In this document: piece by piece, positions 39,386-49,032 of the stretch
Position numbering within the stretch: position 1 is the stretch's first letter
Layout of the letters: the number at the start of each line of letters is the position of its first letter
DNA from: Bacteroidetes bacterium OLB10
Lineage (GTDB): Bacteria > Bacteroidota > Bacteroidia > AKYH767-A > OLB10
DNA: 64,000 nucleotides
Reading direction: 5' to 3'
Assembly: GCA_001567275.1 (NCBI GenBank)
Contig: LNBX01000043.1
Location: 44,351 to 108,350 of the forward strand
Program-made: the position numbers and the translations under genes
Notes under the pieces: model-generated
The model's input: the letters and a program-made list of their open reading frames with translations, nothing else
Told to the model about the DNA's origin: nothing
The model's database searches: none

Positions 39386-41467
39386 TTATTTATTGATGAT
39401 TAATTTATGAGATGCTGATTCGCCATTATCGCTTAACAGTTTTATAAAATATAATCCTGATGTTAGATTGATGCGTGTTAATTCAACAACAGCAGTTGAG
39501 TTAACACTTGAATCATTAACTTTAATAACTTGGGTATTGATTAATTCACCGGTTGAATTATACAAGTTAAATTTAACCGGAGCGTTCGATTTAAAAGAAA
39601 AATACAATACAAGTTGATACCCGTTATTAGGATTTGGAAATACACTTAGAAACGTTTTTGAGTCACTGGTTTTTGTTTTATTCTTCTGCGCATGACGCTC
39701 CAAAAAATTTTCGCAGCATACATCAACTGGTTGGTCAATATGATTATAATTACCTGTAAAAGGAGGGTTATAAACAAAACCAATTCCGGTTGGTGAATGA
39801 GTCGCGTTAAAATAAAAAGTGGCATAACCAGAATTATCAATTATGTATGGGTCTTCTTTAGAGTAAATTCCATGAAACATAGGTGGACCAGAAAAAGGCT
39901 GGCTCGGATACTCATATCTTGGATTTCGCTCATTTACGTACAAATCATATTCAGGTTGATATGAAGCTTGCCAGTGTAATGTTACATTTTCAAGGTACAA
40001 GTTTTCGTCTCCAATTTCAGCATTTAATAAACTTCGCTCAACGTTATCATTTACCCCCATGCAGGAATAATAGGTACAATTATGAGGACCAGCATTTGGT
40101 TGTGTAGTTAGATTATAAGCAAAATCATTTCTGAAACCAACATGACTCCGGTTAGGATAACTTCCGATATAGGGAACAATCATCATATCAACTGGCGTAT
40201 TGGAAACTTTTACGTTAATATTATCATTGTTCTCAATGTCATATTCTAAAGGAATTGAGCCAAGTACACCATAATCTAAAGCTGATTGAACAGGCACAAA
40301 ACCAAAATGCAAACCATCGGAACACAAAGAATAATCAAAATTTGCAGATAAAAAACCATTGAACCCTAAATGAGAATCAAAATCAACACAACCGTTACCA
40401 TCTACCGTATGATTGTAATGGAAAAAATTAAGAAGCCAATAGTTGTTGGATAAATTAAACCCATTAGAAGAAGGAGTTGAGCTGATAAAAAATGGGTCTC
40501 CAGTAAAGCCGCCTTTATTTACGCAATACGGTTTAAGATTCGCATATTCATCTTTAAATAAAAGTGAGTTGTACCCAATTTTAATTTTTATACCAAACCA
40601 TTTGAGTTTAATTTTAATCCCAAACCAACCTGCTTGCGCATGAAAAATATGTCCATTGCCATTAGGATTTGTTTTACACTCTAAATCACCGCCAAAAATT
40701 GGTACTTTAAGCCATAACACCCTGGCATAAAGATCTGCACTAAAATCTAGCAAGCGGTCCCCTGGTGTTCTATCGGCACCGGTATTAAAATTTCTCTGCA
40801 TTTCACCCGACATTGAGCCTTGGGACATTGCAATTACTTTAGCAAACTGAGGATAATTACCAAGTGAATTTAACTGGTCAAAAAAGAAATATTTATCAGA
40901 TTTTGAATCATAATTGTAATACCCAGGCGAGCCTGATTTAGTGTCAATATGATAAATCAACATTTGCTGTGCTGCCTGCCCATCAAGAAATAAGTTGAAT
41001 GAACTTGCTAACAAGCGCTTATCAAAACTGATATACCTGCTAACTACATCCATAGCTGTTTTATAAGCATATTGCATAGACATCGGAATATTTGCACCTT
41101 GATGTGGAGTATCGAGTGTTATGAATAATCTTGTATTGTGCATTTTTTCGGTACGGCACCATAACGAAGGCATATTAAAAATATTTGGTTGCAATGCAAG
41201 ATAGGGAAGATTATTAATGTCAAATTGGTCAACAAAAAATGGTGAGGTATTTTGTTGCAAGTAATATTCCGATTCCATATAAGTAAGAGCAAATCGGGCT
41301 ACCAAACCTCCCATACTTTCGCCCATTACTACAAACTGTTGTTCATCAACATCTTGGGTAATGCATTTTAAATGTTCAAGCAGGTTAACAAAATACAATG
41401 CATTAAAACGAATGTCAATACGACTATTAGCGTAGTCCACAATAATGAAACTATACCCCTGATTTTT
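39386..41467 (-). pseudogene. 5-prime-truncated lipase-like alpha/beta hydrolase with T9SS C-terminal sorting domain
   Basis: ORF 39386-41440 has the nucleophile elbow GESMGG but no signal peptide and no N-terminal part of the fold. Coding-like sequence (KNQGYSFIIVDY) continues upstream of the annotated GTG start to an in-frame TAG at about 41468. The C-terminus is T9SS-like (FLSVFPNPNNGYQLVLYF ... GLYFIKLL). Confidence 0.6.
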
Positions 41468-41789
41468 TAACTATTTCAAAAGTATATCAAAAAAACATTA
41501 CAAAAACGTAAATTTTAAGATTAATTTATTAACAGTTGACTTATGCCATACGTGCGATGGAAAATTGCACTCTATTGCAAACTTTGGTTGTGCGATAGGT
41601 TTTTCGAGCGGCTTGCAATTGTGTGCAATGTGCGGCAGGAGTAAATTAAAAAATAAAAAATGCGGAGAGGAAAAAATAAAACTTCTTGCGAGGGCTTGTT
41701 GGGTTTCGCAGTCAGTTTGGGCGGGCTTTGGTAACCCTTTTTCAGTTTATTAAAGGCACACAGTTTCAAGTTAGCAGACAGTTTTAGCA

Positions 41790-42086
41790 TTGCAGGTAAA
41801 AGTGATATTTCAGAACTCAACTTTGCAAATCATTCGTATGAAAACAAAAATGCTTTCTGAAAATTCGGCAGTAGTTCACTCTAAACTAAGGCTGACCGGA
41901 CAAACTACACATCACGGACAGCATGCCGGAGACAGGTTAACGATATTAACCTTTGTAGTTCGCAAAAATGAGGACGGAATATGGTGGGCGGTATCAGCAC
42001 AAAATACAGATATTGTGGGTGATGCAGAAACGTATCTTCGCACCGCAAACGGAGATTTGAAACCCGTAGATTATCGCAACAGTTAA
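41790..42086 (+). pseudogene. C-terminal fragment of the same SgcJ/EcaC-type NTF2-fold protein
   Basis: VIFQNSTLQIIRMKTKMLSENSAVVHSKLRLTGQT ... LTILTFVVRKNEDGIWWAVSAQNTDIV matches the beta-sheet half of the family. There is an in-frame stop just upstream, so it has no native start of its own. Confidence 0.7.
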
Positions 42087-42124
42087 GAATAGTATTTAAC
42101 CGATTATTTTTTATTTGAAAGAAA

Positions 42125-42682
42125 ATGCAAGCAGTTGTATTTAATGGCTCTATGGAAACAGGGGCACACTCAGTTGGAAATGTAATTTCAGAATATATTA
42201 AGTCAGACTTAAAAACACGGAATATTAAAACAGAAATTTTTGAAGCAGGAAAGTCTGAAATCCCTTTGCTCCATCCCGAAAAAATGCGTAATGTGCCGGC
42301 TGAGGTGAAGAAGATGTGCGAATTAATGCAGAAAACGGAGGTGCATTTTTGGTTGTCACCTTTATATCACGGATCAATTCCGGGTATTATGAAAAATTGT
42401 CTGGATTGGTTGGAGATAACTTCAAAATCATCCACACCATACCTTACTGATAAAATTGTCTGTTTGGTATGCTGGGCAGATGGTTCACATGCACTTAATG
42501 GCATTCAAACAATGACTACCATTGCGCATTCGTTGCGAGCCTGGACATTGCCTTATAATGTAGCAGTGAGTACTCCATTTCTTTACGAATCGAACAGCAG
42601 GGATGAAATATCAACTTATTATAAGCAAAAGATAAATCGCCTTATTGAGTTGGCCGTTTCCAGAAAAATTGAAATGAGATAA
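42125..42682 (+). CDS. NADPH-dependent FMN reductase family protein
   Basis: 185 aa flavodoxin-like protein (VVFNGS ... SPLYHGSIPGIMKNCLDWL). Confidence 0.75.
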   Translation: MQAVVFNGSMETGAHSVGNVISEYIKSDLKTRNIKTEIFEAGKSEIPLLHPEKMRNVPAEVKKMCELMQKTEVHFWLSPLYHGSIPGIMKNCLDWLEITSKSSTPYLTDKIVCLVCWADGSHALNGIQTMTTIAHSLRAWTLPYNVAVSTPFLYESNSRDEISTYYKQKINRLIELAVSRKIEMR

Positions 42683-42714
42683 CAGAGGTTATTATTAGGG
42701 GAATAGTAATTTAT

Positions 42715-43218
42715 TTATTTCCTGACAGCATAAATTAATTCGTCCTCTGCAACGCCATTCTTAAAAATCACTTTATCAAGTCTGGCTTCAAGTTTAAATC
42801 CTGCTTTTTCAAGAACTCTTTGCGAGGCAAGATTGCTTCCGAAAGGACGTGCATAAATTCTGTTTACAGGAAACTGACTGAAACCATATTCCACCATTTC
42901 TTTAATATGATTTGTAATGATACCCTTGCCCCAGTATTTTTCAGAAAGCCAGTAGCCTAATTCCGCATTTCGCTCCATGATGTCGGTTTGCGGATGTATT
43001 CCTATGGCACCTATTGCTTCACCATTATAATCAATTGCAAATACCTGAGCAGGTATTAACTTTGAAATTCGGAAAATAAATTCTTTAGCGTGACGATCAG
43101 TATAAGGGTAGGGGAACTGATTCGTCATGAATTTTGCTATTGACGGATTGTTTGCATGGAGTTGCAAACTTTGCCAGTCTTCTTCCTTAAATTCCCGCAA
43201 CGTGGTTTTTAAAACCAT
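42715..43218 (-). CDS. GNAT family N-acetyltransferase (RimJ/RimL-like)
   Basis: 167 aa with an acetyl-CoA binding region (YWLSEKYWGKGIITN) and NLASQRVLEKAGF. Its start shares a TAATG overlap with the stop of the upstream 1340-aa gene. Confidence 0.85.
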   Translation of the reverse strand: MVLKTTLREFKEEDWQSLQLHANNPSIAKFMTNQFPYPYTDRHAKEFIFRISKLIPAQVFAIDYNGEAIGAIGIHPQTDIMERNAELGYWLSEKYWGKGIITNHIKEMVEYGFSQFPVNRIYARPFGSNLASQRVLEKAGFKLEARLDKVIFKNGVAEDELIYAVRK

Positions 43219-46200
43219 TATTTTATCACCACTAATTGCTTTACAAATTTACCTTGATCAGTTATCAGATGAACATGATAAACACCTTTGGCCAAATGGG
43301 CTATATTGGTTTTTAGCTGATGATAACCTGATTCAAGATTTTCCTCACGCTCCATTACCAGTTGCCCGATATCATTAATAACCTCTAACCGAACTGAAGA
43401 ACTTTCAGGAAGTATAATTTCACTGATAAAATCATCATTGGCCGGATTAGGATAAAGATTAAACAACGGTACCACTGAACTGTTCTTGTCGCAGGAAACT
43501 GCTATCATTGGAAGTACTTTGTAACTTCCGTCATAATCATATTGAATGAGTCTGAAGAAGTTGTGGATATTTTCAGCTTTGGCAACAAACGTATATCGCG
43601 TTTGCGAAGTAGTTGTACCCTTTCCGTTTATTTTTCCGATTGTCGTAAAGTTATCACCATCTGTTGACTGTTGCACGTCAAAATAACTATTATTAACTTC
43701 AGAAGCAGTAACCCAGTTAAGTGTAACTTCCGACTTATTACAAATAGCTGAGAAGGATAACAACTCAACAGGCAGCGGATTGGATTCAGGAGCTATGTTG
43801 AAGTTTTCAGTAGTTGAAAAATCATTCCAGTTAGTTCTGAGTATTGAACCTAATACAGGTGATGCTGCACCGCTGGGAATACCTCCTATATCTTCCCACC
43901 AAAGCGGAGGTGAGTTATGTCCCCACTGTGTCAACTTCAGCAATGCCCAGGCAGTTATGGCATCCTGAGCATCGTCAGCGTAAAGTGAAAACTCAGCAAA
44001 CGAAGTTCCTGAAACATGATTTATTTTTTGATACCATCCGGGATTTATCGGACCTAACAACGGATCACGAAGCGCACGGTTAAATCCATCGGTATTTGGG
44101 TCATTGTTTACCATTCGTACACCAAATGTATTGGCTGAGGCCGAGAGTGGTCGAATAGATACAGGTCTGAAACGTGCAGGAGGTACTGATGAACCTACAG
44201 GGAAGAGATAATTGGAAACAGATGCCGTATTGCGCCATAGCCTACCGGTACCGGTGCTGCTTACAAATCCTTGTACCGGTGTAGAGTTCAGTGCACCTGT
44301 TCGTGTAATTGCACCCGGAGAAGTGTTGGTTACATACATCACATTTCCCTGTGTTGCAAGTTCGCGGTTATTCAGATTTAGTGTTCCCTCAACTCGTGCA
44401 TCAACATTTTGTGTTTTAATTCCGGTGCCTGTAAGTGTAAGATTGTAAAAATAAGTAGGTGTTGTTCCTCTGATGGTTTGATTGGCGCCAAAAAGTTCTA
44501 CCTCTCCGGGGCTTGAATTGATGAATGCATTTCCTGTGGAATTGTTTGTCCAGTCACCCTGAATTCTTACCTGACCACGGTTGTCCCATGTTCCAATATT
44601 ACTGAGGTTATCCTGGTTTATCACACCACCTTCAACATGCATAACTGCACCTGCCTGTAAATAAATCAATGAGCCGTCATTTACAATTAAACCTGTTCCG
44701 GGTGAAGGACATGTCACAACGTTGATATAATTTGTCTGTGTTGAACTGTTACTGCCAAATGCATTGCTTGCTGTAAGAGATACATTGTAAGTTCCGGCTG
44801 TAGCATAAGTAATTACAGGATTCTGCACTGCTGATGCAGCCGGTGTTCCTCCTGTAAAAGTCCACGACCATGATGAAGGTACATTGGTGGACTGATCAAC
44901 GAAAGTTACCGATTGCCCTGCACATACAGTGGTAGGAAATCCTGAAAAAGATACAACAGGAGCAGAACATAAATTCACAGTAATGTATCCCGACATGGTA
45001 ACAGTGTTTGAGCCTCCACTGTTTGTAGCGGTCAAGGTTACTGCGTAAGTGCCGGGAGTGTTATATGTAATAGTTGGATTTTGTGCAACAGATGACAACG
45101 GTGTTCCTCCTGTAAAAGTCCACGACCATGAAGTAGGGCTGTTGGTAGATAAATCTGTAAATGCAACAGTACCTCCTGCACAAAGAGTTGTAGGTGTTGC
45201 AGAAAATGCAGCCACAGGTGCAGGCGGACAAACATTGACAGTAATGTAATTGTTTTTTGTAATAGTATTGTTGCCATACGCATTGGTTGCAGTAAGAGTA
45301 ACATTATAAACACCTCCGGTGGAATAAGTAATTAATGGATTTTGCGCAGTAGATGTACCGGGTGTTCCTCCTGGAAAAGTCCAGCTCCAACTTGTGGGTG
45401 AGTCACTGCTCATATCCACAAACTGAACGCTGCTTCCTTCGCAAATTGTAAGTGGCGAAGCAGTAAAATCTGCAGTAGGAGCAGGGCAGTTGTTTACAGT
45501 TACATAATTTGTTTTGGTAATACTGTTTGAACCGAATGCATTACTCACAGTTAACATAACAGAATAAGATCCGGGAGCTCCATAAAAAATTGCAGGTGGT
45601 GTTGCCCCTGAAAAAGTATTGGGTACTCCCCCTGGGAAAGACCATGTCCAGGAAGTTGGAGTATTCAGAGAAGCATCCGTAAAAGTTACATTAAGCGTGT
45701 TGCAACCTGTCAGTGGAGTTCCTGTGAAATCGGCTATGGGTGCATTTATGGCGCAGTTAGAGGCATTAAGAGCCACCATTGCTGATGGGCCACATGCATT
45801 TGTGATGATGCTTCGGCTCATAATATCATTACCACCTGCTGTTTCACTTGCAGGTGTAAGCGTTCTTCTGTCAGTATTTGGGCCAATGGCATAATTCATT
45901 ACTGTAACCGGTAGTATTGTATGTCCTAACTGGTGACTGTGACCCAACTCATGCAAGCACACCGATTCAAAATCGAACTGACCTCCACCGGTAGCACCGG
46001 GGCCATAATTCCAGTTGATACCACCAGTACCGTTCGTACGGAATTTTAAATCATTTTCATTAAGATACCACACACCACTTGCACAGGCACTGTAATAACT
46101 GTATGAAATCCCTAATACGCCTGATGGCAGTGCACATGAACCATCAAAAGTTACAATATTATTTCCATCCAATGCCTGACAGGTAGTAGCTGTTGTTCCT

Positions 46201-47240
46201 GAACGGTTGAAGTTTACATACGTTCCGCAACGCCATGTCTGCAAGGCTCTTTCAAATGCAGCTACAGCGGGCGCGTTACCATTGAAGGTGGTGTTGTAAG
46301 CCCAGGTGTATCCATTGGTACCATTATCGTTAATTAAATCAGGCTGATAATAATTTCCACCTGAAACAACATTTGTTTCATTGTAGTTTACTGTTATGGC
46401 AATAGCCGATGTAGTTGTTTCACCAAGATTATTGGTCACTCGTATGTTTCCGCTTCCTCCTTGTGTTGGCACCCACACCTGAATTTGAGTATTATTCCAT
46501 GAAACAATATGATTAGCCGGGGCAGAAATATAACCTGCACCTCCGTTATTGGCATCAGGGAATTCAACATTGCTTATTCCACTTACATAACTTGCTCCGA
46601 AATTACTTCCACTGATTGTAATAGTAGAAAATGTTCCTGCTGTTGTTGTTCCGGGAGCTATTGCCCCTATTGTGGGTGGCACCAGCATTTTATTTCCTGA
46701 AGAAGGTAATGGTTGAGCTAATGCTACTTTGCGCTGTACATTTCCTGTTAAATTTTCAATCTGATTTCTAATTGAATTGATATCACTGTATTGCTGAAAT
46801 GGATCGCTAGCTTTGTTTTGCTGAAAATCAAACCGAATTAAACTTTGAGAGGATGCATAACCTTCAAATGCATCTTTCAGTTTTACAACTGAATAATTTC
46901 CTGCAGGTTTTAAGAAAAATATACCCGTTTCTCCTGAATGTATCTGCAGTTCAGGTTCTGCAACAATTTTTATATTCCCTACAGTTCCTCCCTCGGTAAT
47001 AAGTGTTACAAAACTGTTGTTTATATTTCCTTTGTAAACAGCATGTACTTCAAGCGTAGTTGCAGTATAAATAAAATCGTTGCTGTTATTCCAGAATGAA
47101 TTTTGCTGTATTGCCTTTGCTTCAATCACAGCATCAGAGTTGTTTACTCTGTCCTGCAACGACAATGGATATAACATACACTGACTATACACAGATTGTA
47201 TCATCAGAGTGAATAAAAGGAAAAGTAATAACTTTTTCAT
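43218..47240 (-). CDS. Giant T9SS-sorted surface protein with IPT/TIG-like, metzincin-like protease and four PKD domains
   Basis: 1340 aa with a signal peptide. An IPT/TIG-like segment spans about aa 186-285. The zinc motif HELGHSHQLGH (45921-45956) is followed by a Met-turn-like VMNY. Four PKD repeats lie at aa 501-845. The end is a T9SS type-A C-terminal domain (LYPNPANDDF ... GVYHVHLI). Confidence 0.85.
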   Translation of the reverse strand: MKKLLLFLLFTLMIQSVYSQCMLYPLSLQDRVNNSDAVIEAKAIQQNSFWNNSNDFIYTATTLEVHAVYKGNINNSFVTLITEGGTVGNIKIVAEPELQIHSGETGIFFLKPAGNYSVVKLKDAFEGYASSQSLIRFDFQQNKASDPFQQYSDINSIRNQIENLTGNVQRKVALAQPLPSSGNKMLVPPTIGAIAPGTTTAGTFSTITISGSNFGASYVSGISNVEFPDANNGGAGYISAPANHIVSWNNTQIQVWVPTQGGSGNIRVTNNLGETTTSAIAITVNYNETNVVSGGNYYQPDLINDNGTNGYTWAYNTTFNGNAPAVAAFERALQTWRCGTYVNFNRSGTTATTCQALDGNNIVTFDGSCALPSGVLGISYSYYSACASGVWYLNENDLKFRTNGTGGINWNYGPGATGGGQFDFESVCLHELGHSHQLGHTILPVTVMNYAIGPNTDRRTLTPASETAGGNDIMSRSIITNACGPSAMVALNASNCAINAPIADFTGTPLTGCNTLNVTFTDASLNTPTSWTWSFPGGVPNTFSGATPPAIFYGAPGSYSVMLTVSNAFGSNSITKTNYVTVNNCPAPTADFTASPLTICEGSSVQFVDMSSDSPTSWSWTFPGGTPGTSTAQNPLITYSTGGVYNVTLTATNAYGNNTITKNNYITVNVCPPAPVAAFSATPTTLCAGGTVAFTDLSTNSPTSWSWTFTGGTPLSSVAQNPTITYNTPGTYAVTLTATNSGGSNTVTMSGYITVNLCSAPVVSFSGFPTTVCAGQSVTFVDQSTNVPSSWSWTFTGGTPAASAVQNPVITYATAGTYNVSLTASNAFGSNSSTQTNYINVVTCPSPGTGLIVNDGSLIYLQAGAVMHVEGGVINQDNLSNIGTWDNRGQVRIQGDWTNNSTGNAFINSSPGEVELFGANQTIRGTTPTYFYNLTLTGTGIKTQNVDARVEGTLNLNNRELATQGNVMYVTNTSPGAITRTGALNSTPVQGFVSSTGTGRLWRNTASVSNYLFPVGSSVPPARFRPVSIRPLSASANTFGVRMVNNDPNTDGFNRALRDPLLGPINPGWYQKINHVSGTSFAEFSLYADDAQDAITAWALLKLTQWGHNSPPLWWEDIGGIPSGAASPVLGSILRTNWNDFSTTENFNIAPESNPLPVELLSFSAICNKSEVTLNWVTASEVNNSYFDVQQSTDGDNFTTIGKINGKGTTTSQTRYTFVAKAENIHNFFRLIQYDYDGSYKVLPMIAVSCDKNSSVVPLFNLYPNPANDDFISEIILPESSSVRLEVINDIGQLVMEREENLESGYHQLKTNIAHLAKGVYHVHLITDQGKFVKQLVVIK
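44706..45740 (-). repeat. Four tandem PKD-domain coding repeats, about 87 codons each
   Basis: The pattern F(T/V)D.S.N.PTSWSW.F.GG.P..S..QNP.I.Y...G.Y.V.LTA.N..G.N recurs four times. Each repeat is bounded by a Cys-Pro linker. Confidence 0.85.
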
Positions 47241-47271
47241 ATCAATGTTTTTTGGTTAATGGCAATGCAGA

Positions 47272-48907
47272 TTATTTTTCAGAGTTTAACTTTTTCAAAT
47301 TTTTCAATTCTTCATTATCTAATGTGACTGATTTTTCAGCTGTAGATTTCAGTTCTTTATGTTTTTTGTAATAAATACCCATTTCCTGAGGCTGGCCATA
47401 CAAGGTTGGTTGTAAATATTTACCGACAGCATCGCCTGTTTTGTTTATTTCAACCAGTCGTTTATCAGGATTTTGTTGTAAGTATGGATCATTTCTTTCA
47501 GCTGTCAGTGTCCAGCTTACTTTTAATCCCGGTTGACCACCTGCAATTACAAACTGACCTGTTGAAGAAACTTCTGACTTAATATACAATGATGCAGGTT
47601 GACCTATTGGAGTCAGGTTATAACCATAGTTGGTATTGTTGATACTTTGAAAATAATCGGGTAGTTGTACAGTGGCTTCACCATTAGCGTCAAGAATAAC
47701 GTTGCCGCGATAATAGTTCAATACTTCATTTGATTCCATACTGAAATGTTTAAGAAACTTATTGGCAGGGTCTAACGGATGGTCAATCATAAAAGGCTTT
47801 GTGCCGCTTGCACCTATATCGCCATTTGCAAAGACTCCAAAACGTGTTGCAATATTCGGAGCTGCCACTTCCTGACCTAAAACACCAACAGCATTTGCAC
47901 CTGTAGAACTGTTAAGACCTGCTACTGCAATTGATGTGGCACCTGTGCTCACTTGGCCCCACACTCCGTAAGGAGAAGCACCTGCAGTTGCAGTTCCAAA
48001 AACTCCTGTTCCATTAGTAGAACTTCCTAAACCATAAACCCCTTCATTACCTCCAAAATAGGACGCACCAATCACACCCGAACCATTTGCAGAGTCTATG
48101 CCTGTAACTCCGGCTCCACCTAAGAAACTTAATATGATTGTTTTTCTGTTTGCTCCCCATACTGCACTTCCTGATATGGCTGCACTGCTGATATTTGAAA
48201 AAATTGATGGTGCCAAATGTATTTCCTCTGAAAGATGCAGCTGAACCATTCACAAGATAAGTAGCACCCAGATTATTTCCACTGGCAAGTAAGGCTGTTC
48301 CATTTACATTGGAATTATACAGTCGGCTTGCAAATGCAGTAGCACCTGAGGCAGTACCCAATAAACCTGTACCATTGCTCGTGTTTCCAAACACTCCTGT
48401 TCCTGAACCTACGTTTTCGCCATAAATACCGCAACCGGTATTTGCAGAATATCCGTTTATTGAAAAATCGCCTAATGGATTCAATACTCCTGCTAAACCT
48501 GCACCATAAACTGAAAATACATCACCTGCTAATGGCGCAGTTTTATTTACAACAACTTGTCCTTCTGCCATGATTCTCATTCTTTCATTTGTAGCTCCAT
48601 TGCCATTGGTTTTAAAAATTACCGGACGGAAATTTAGTGTTCCAAGAAAGTTTTTCGTAGAGTCTATTGAACTGTTACCTAACGTAAGCCATGCAACTGA
48701 GTCTAACAAACCGGTAGTACTGGCATTCAGTGTACCTGTTGGGTCTGCCATAACCAATCGGTTACCCACACCGCTTAATGTGGATGATCGTATTTTTCCT
48801 ATCACATCTAATTTTTCCAGTGGCGTAGTTGTTCCTATCCCTACATTTTGAGCATTTGCTGTTAAGCACGCTACAATTAAAAGTGGAAGAAGTAAAAACT
48901 TTTTCAT
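47272..48907 (-). pseudogene. Secreted Gly-rich fibre-like repeat protein, frameshifted as assembled
   Basis: It has a signal peptide plus the NVGIGTTTPLEKLDV module, Gly-rich repeats and a conserved-looking C-terminal domain (FMIDHPLDPANKFLKH ... VSWTLTAERND). ORFs 48047-48922 and 47272-48249 join if the A6 run at 48198-48203 loses one base. The span is 1636 nt, which is 545 codons plus 1. Confidence 0.6.
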
Positions 48908-49032
48908 TTTATATATTTTCATTTTGTAATTTTTAATTTAATAAAGTTTTATATTTTATTTGTTGAAGCTAAATCAGCATTTTTTAAGAAAATACTTTTA
49001 AAAAGATATGTTTTGGAAATAAAATTTATATT

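Larger units (their letters stand above)
37437..41792. other. 4356-bp inserted block interrupting the SgcJ/EcaC-type gene, with no mobility genes
   Basis: Deleting this span in silico fuses codon TTG (37434-36) to CAG (41793-95) in frame and gives a 155-codon NTF2-fold ORF. ATTG is present at both junctions (37433-36 and 41789-92). Confidence 0.65.

Noticed and set aside
41565-41820. ORFs 41565-41753 (+) and 41572-41820 (-) in the right flank of the inserted block
   Set aside because: They overlap each other on opposite strands. They have Cys/Gly/Lys-rich or low-complexity products, no recognisable motifs and no promoter motif. I treat the flank as non-coding or decayed DNA.
45038-45313. Short ORFs on both strands within the PKD repeat region (45038-45313, 45049-45249, 45619-45894 and others)
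   Set aside because: They are by-products of a long repetitive Thr/Gly/Ser-rich coding region. All are nested in the 1340-aa ORF.
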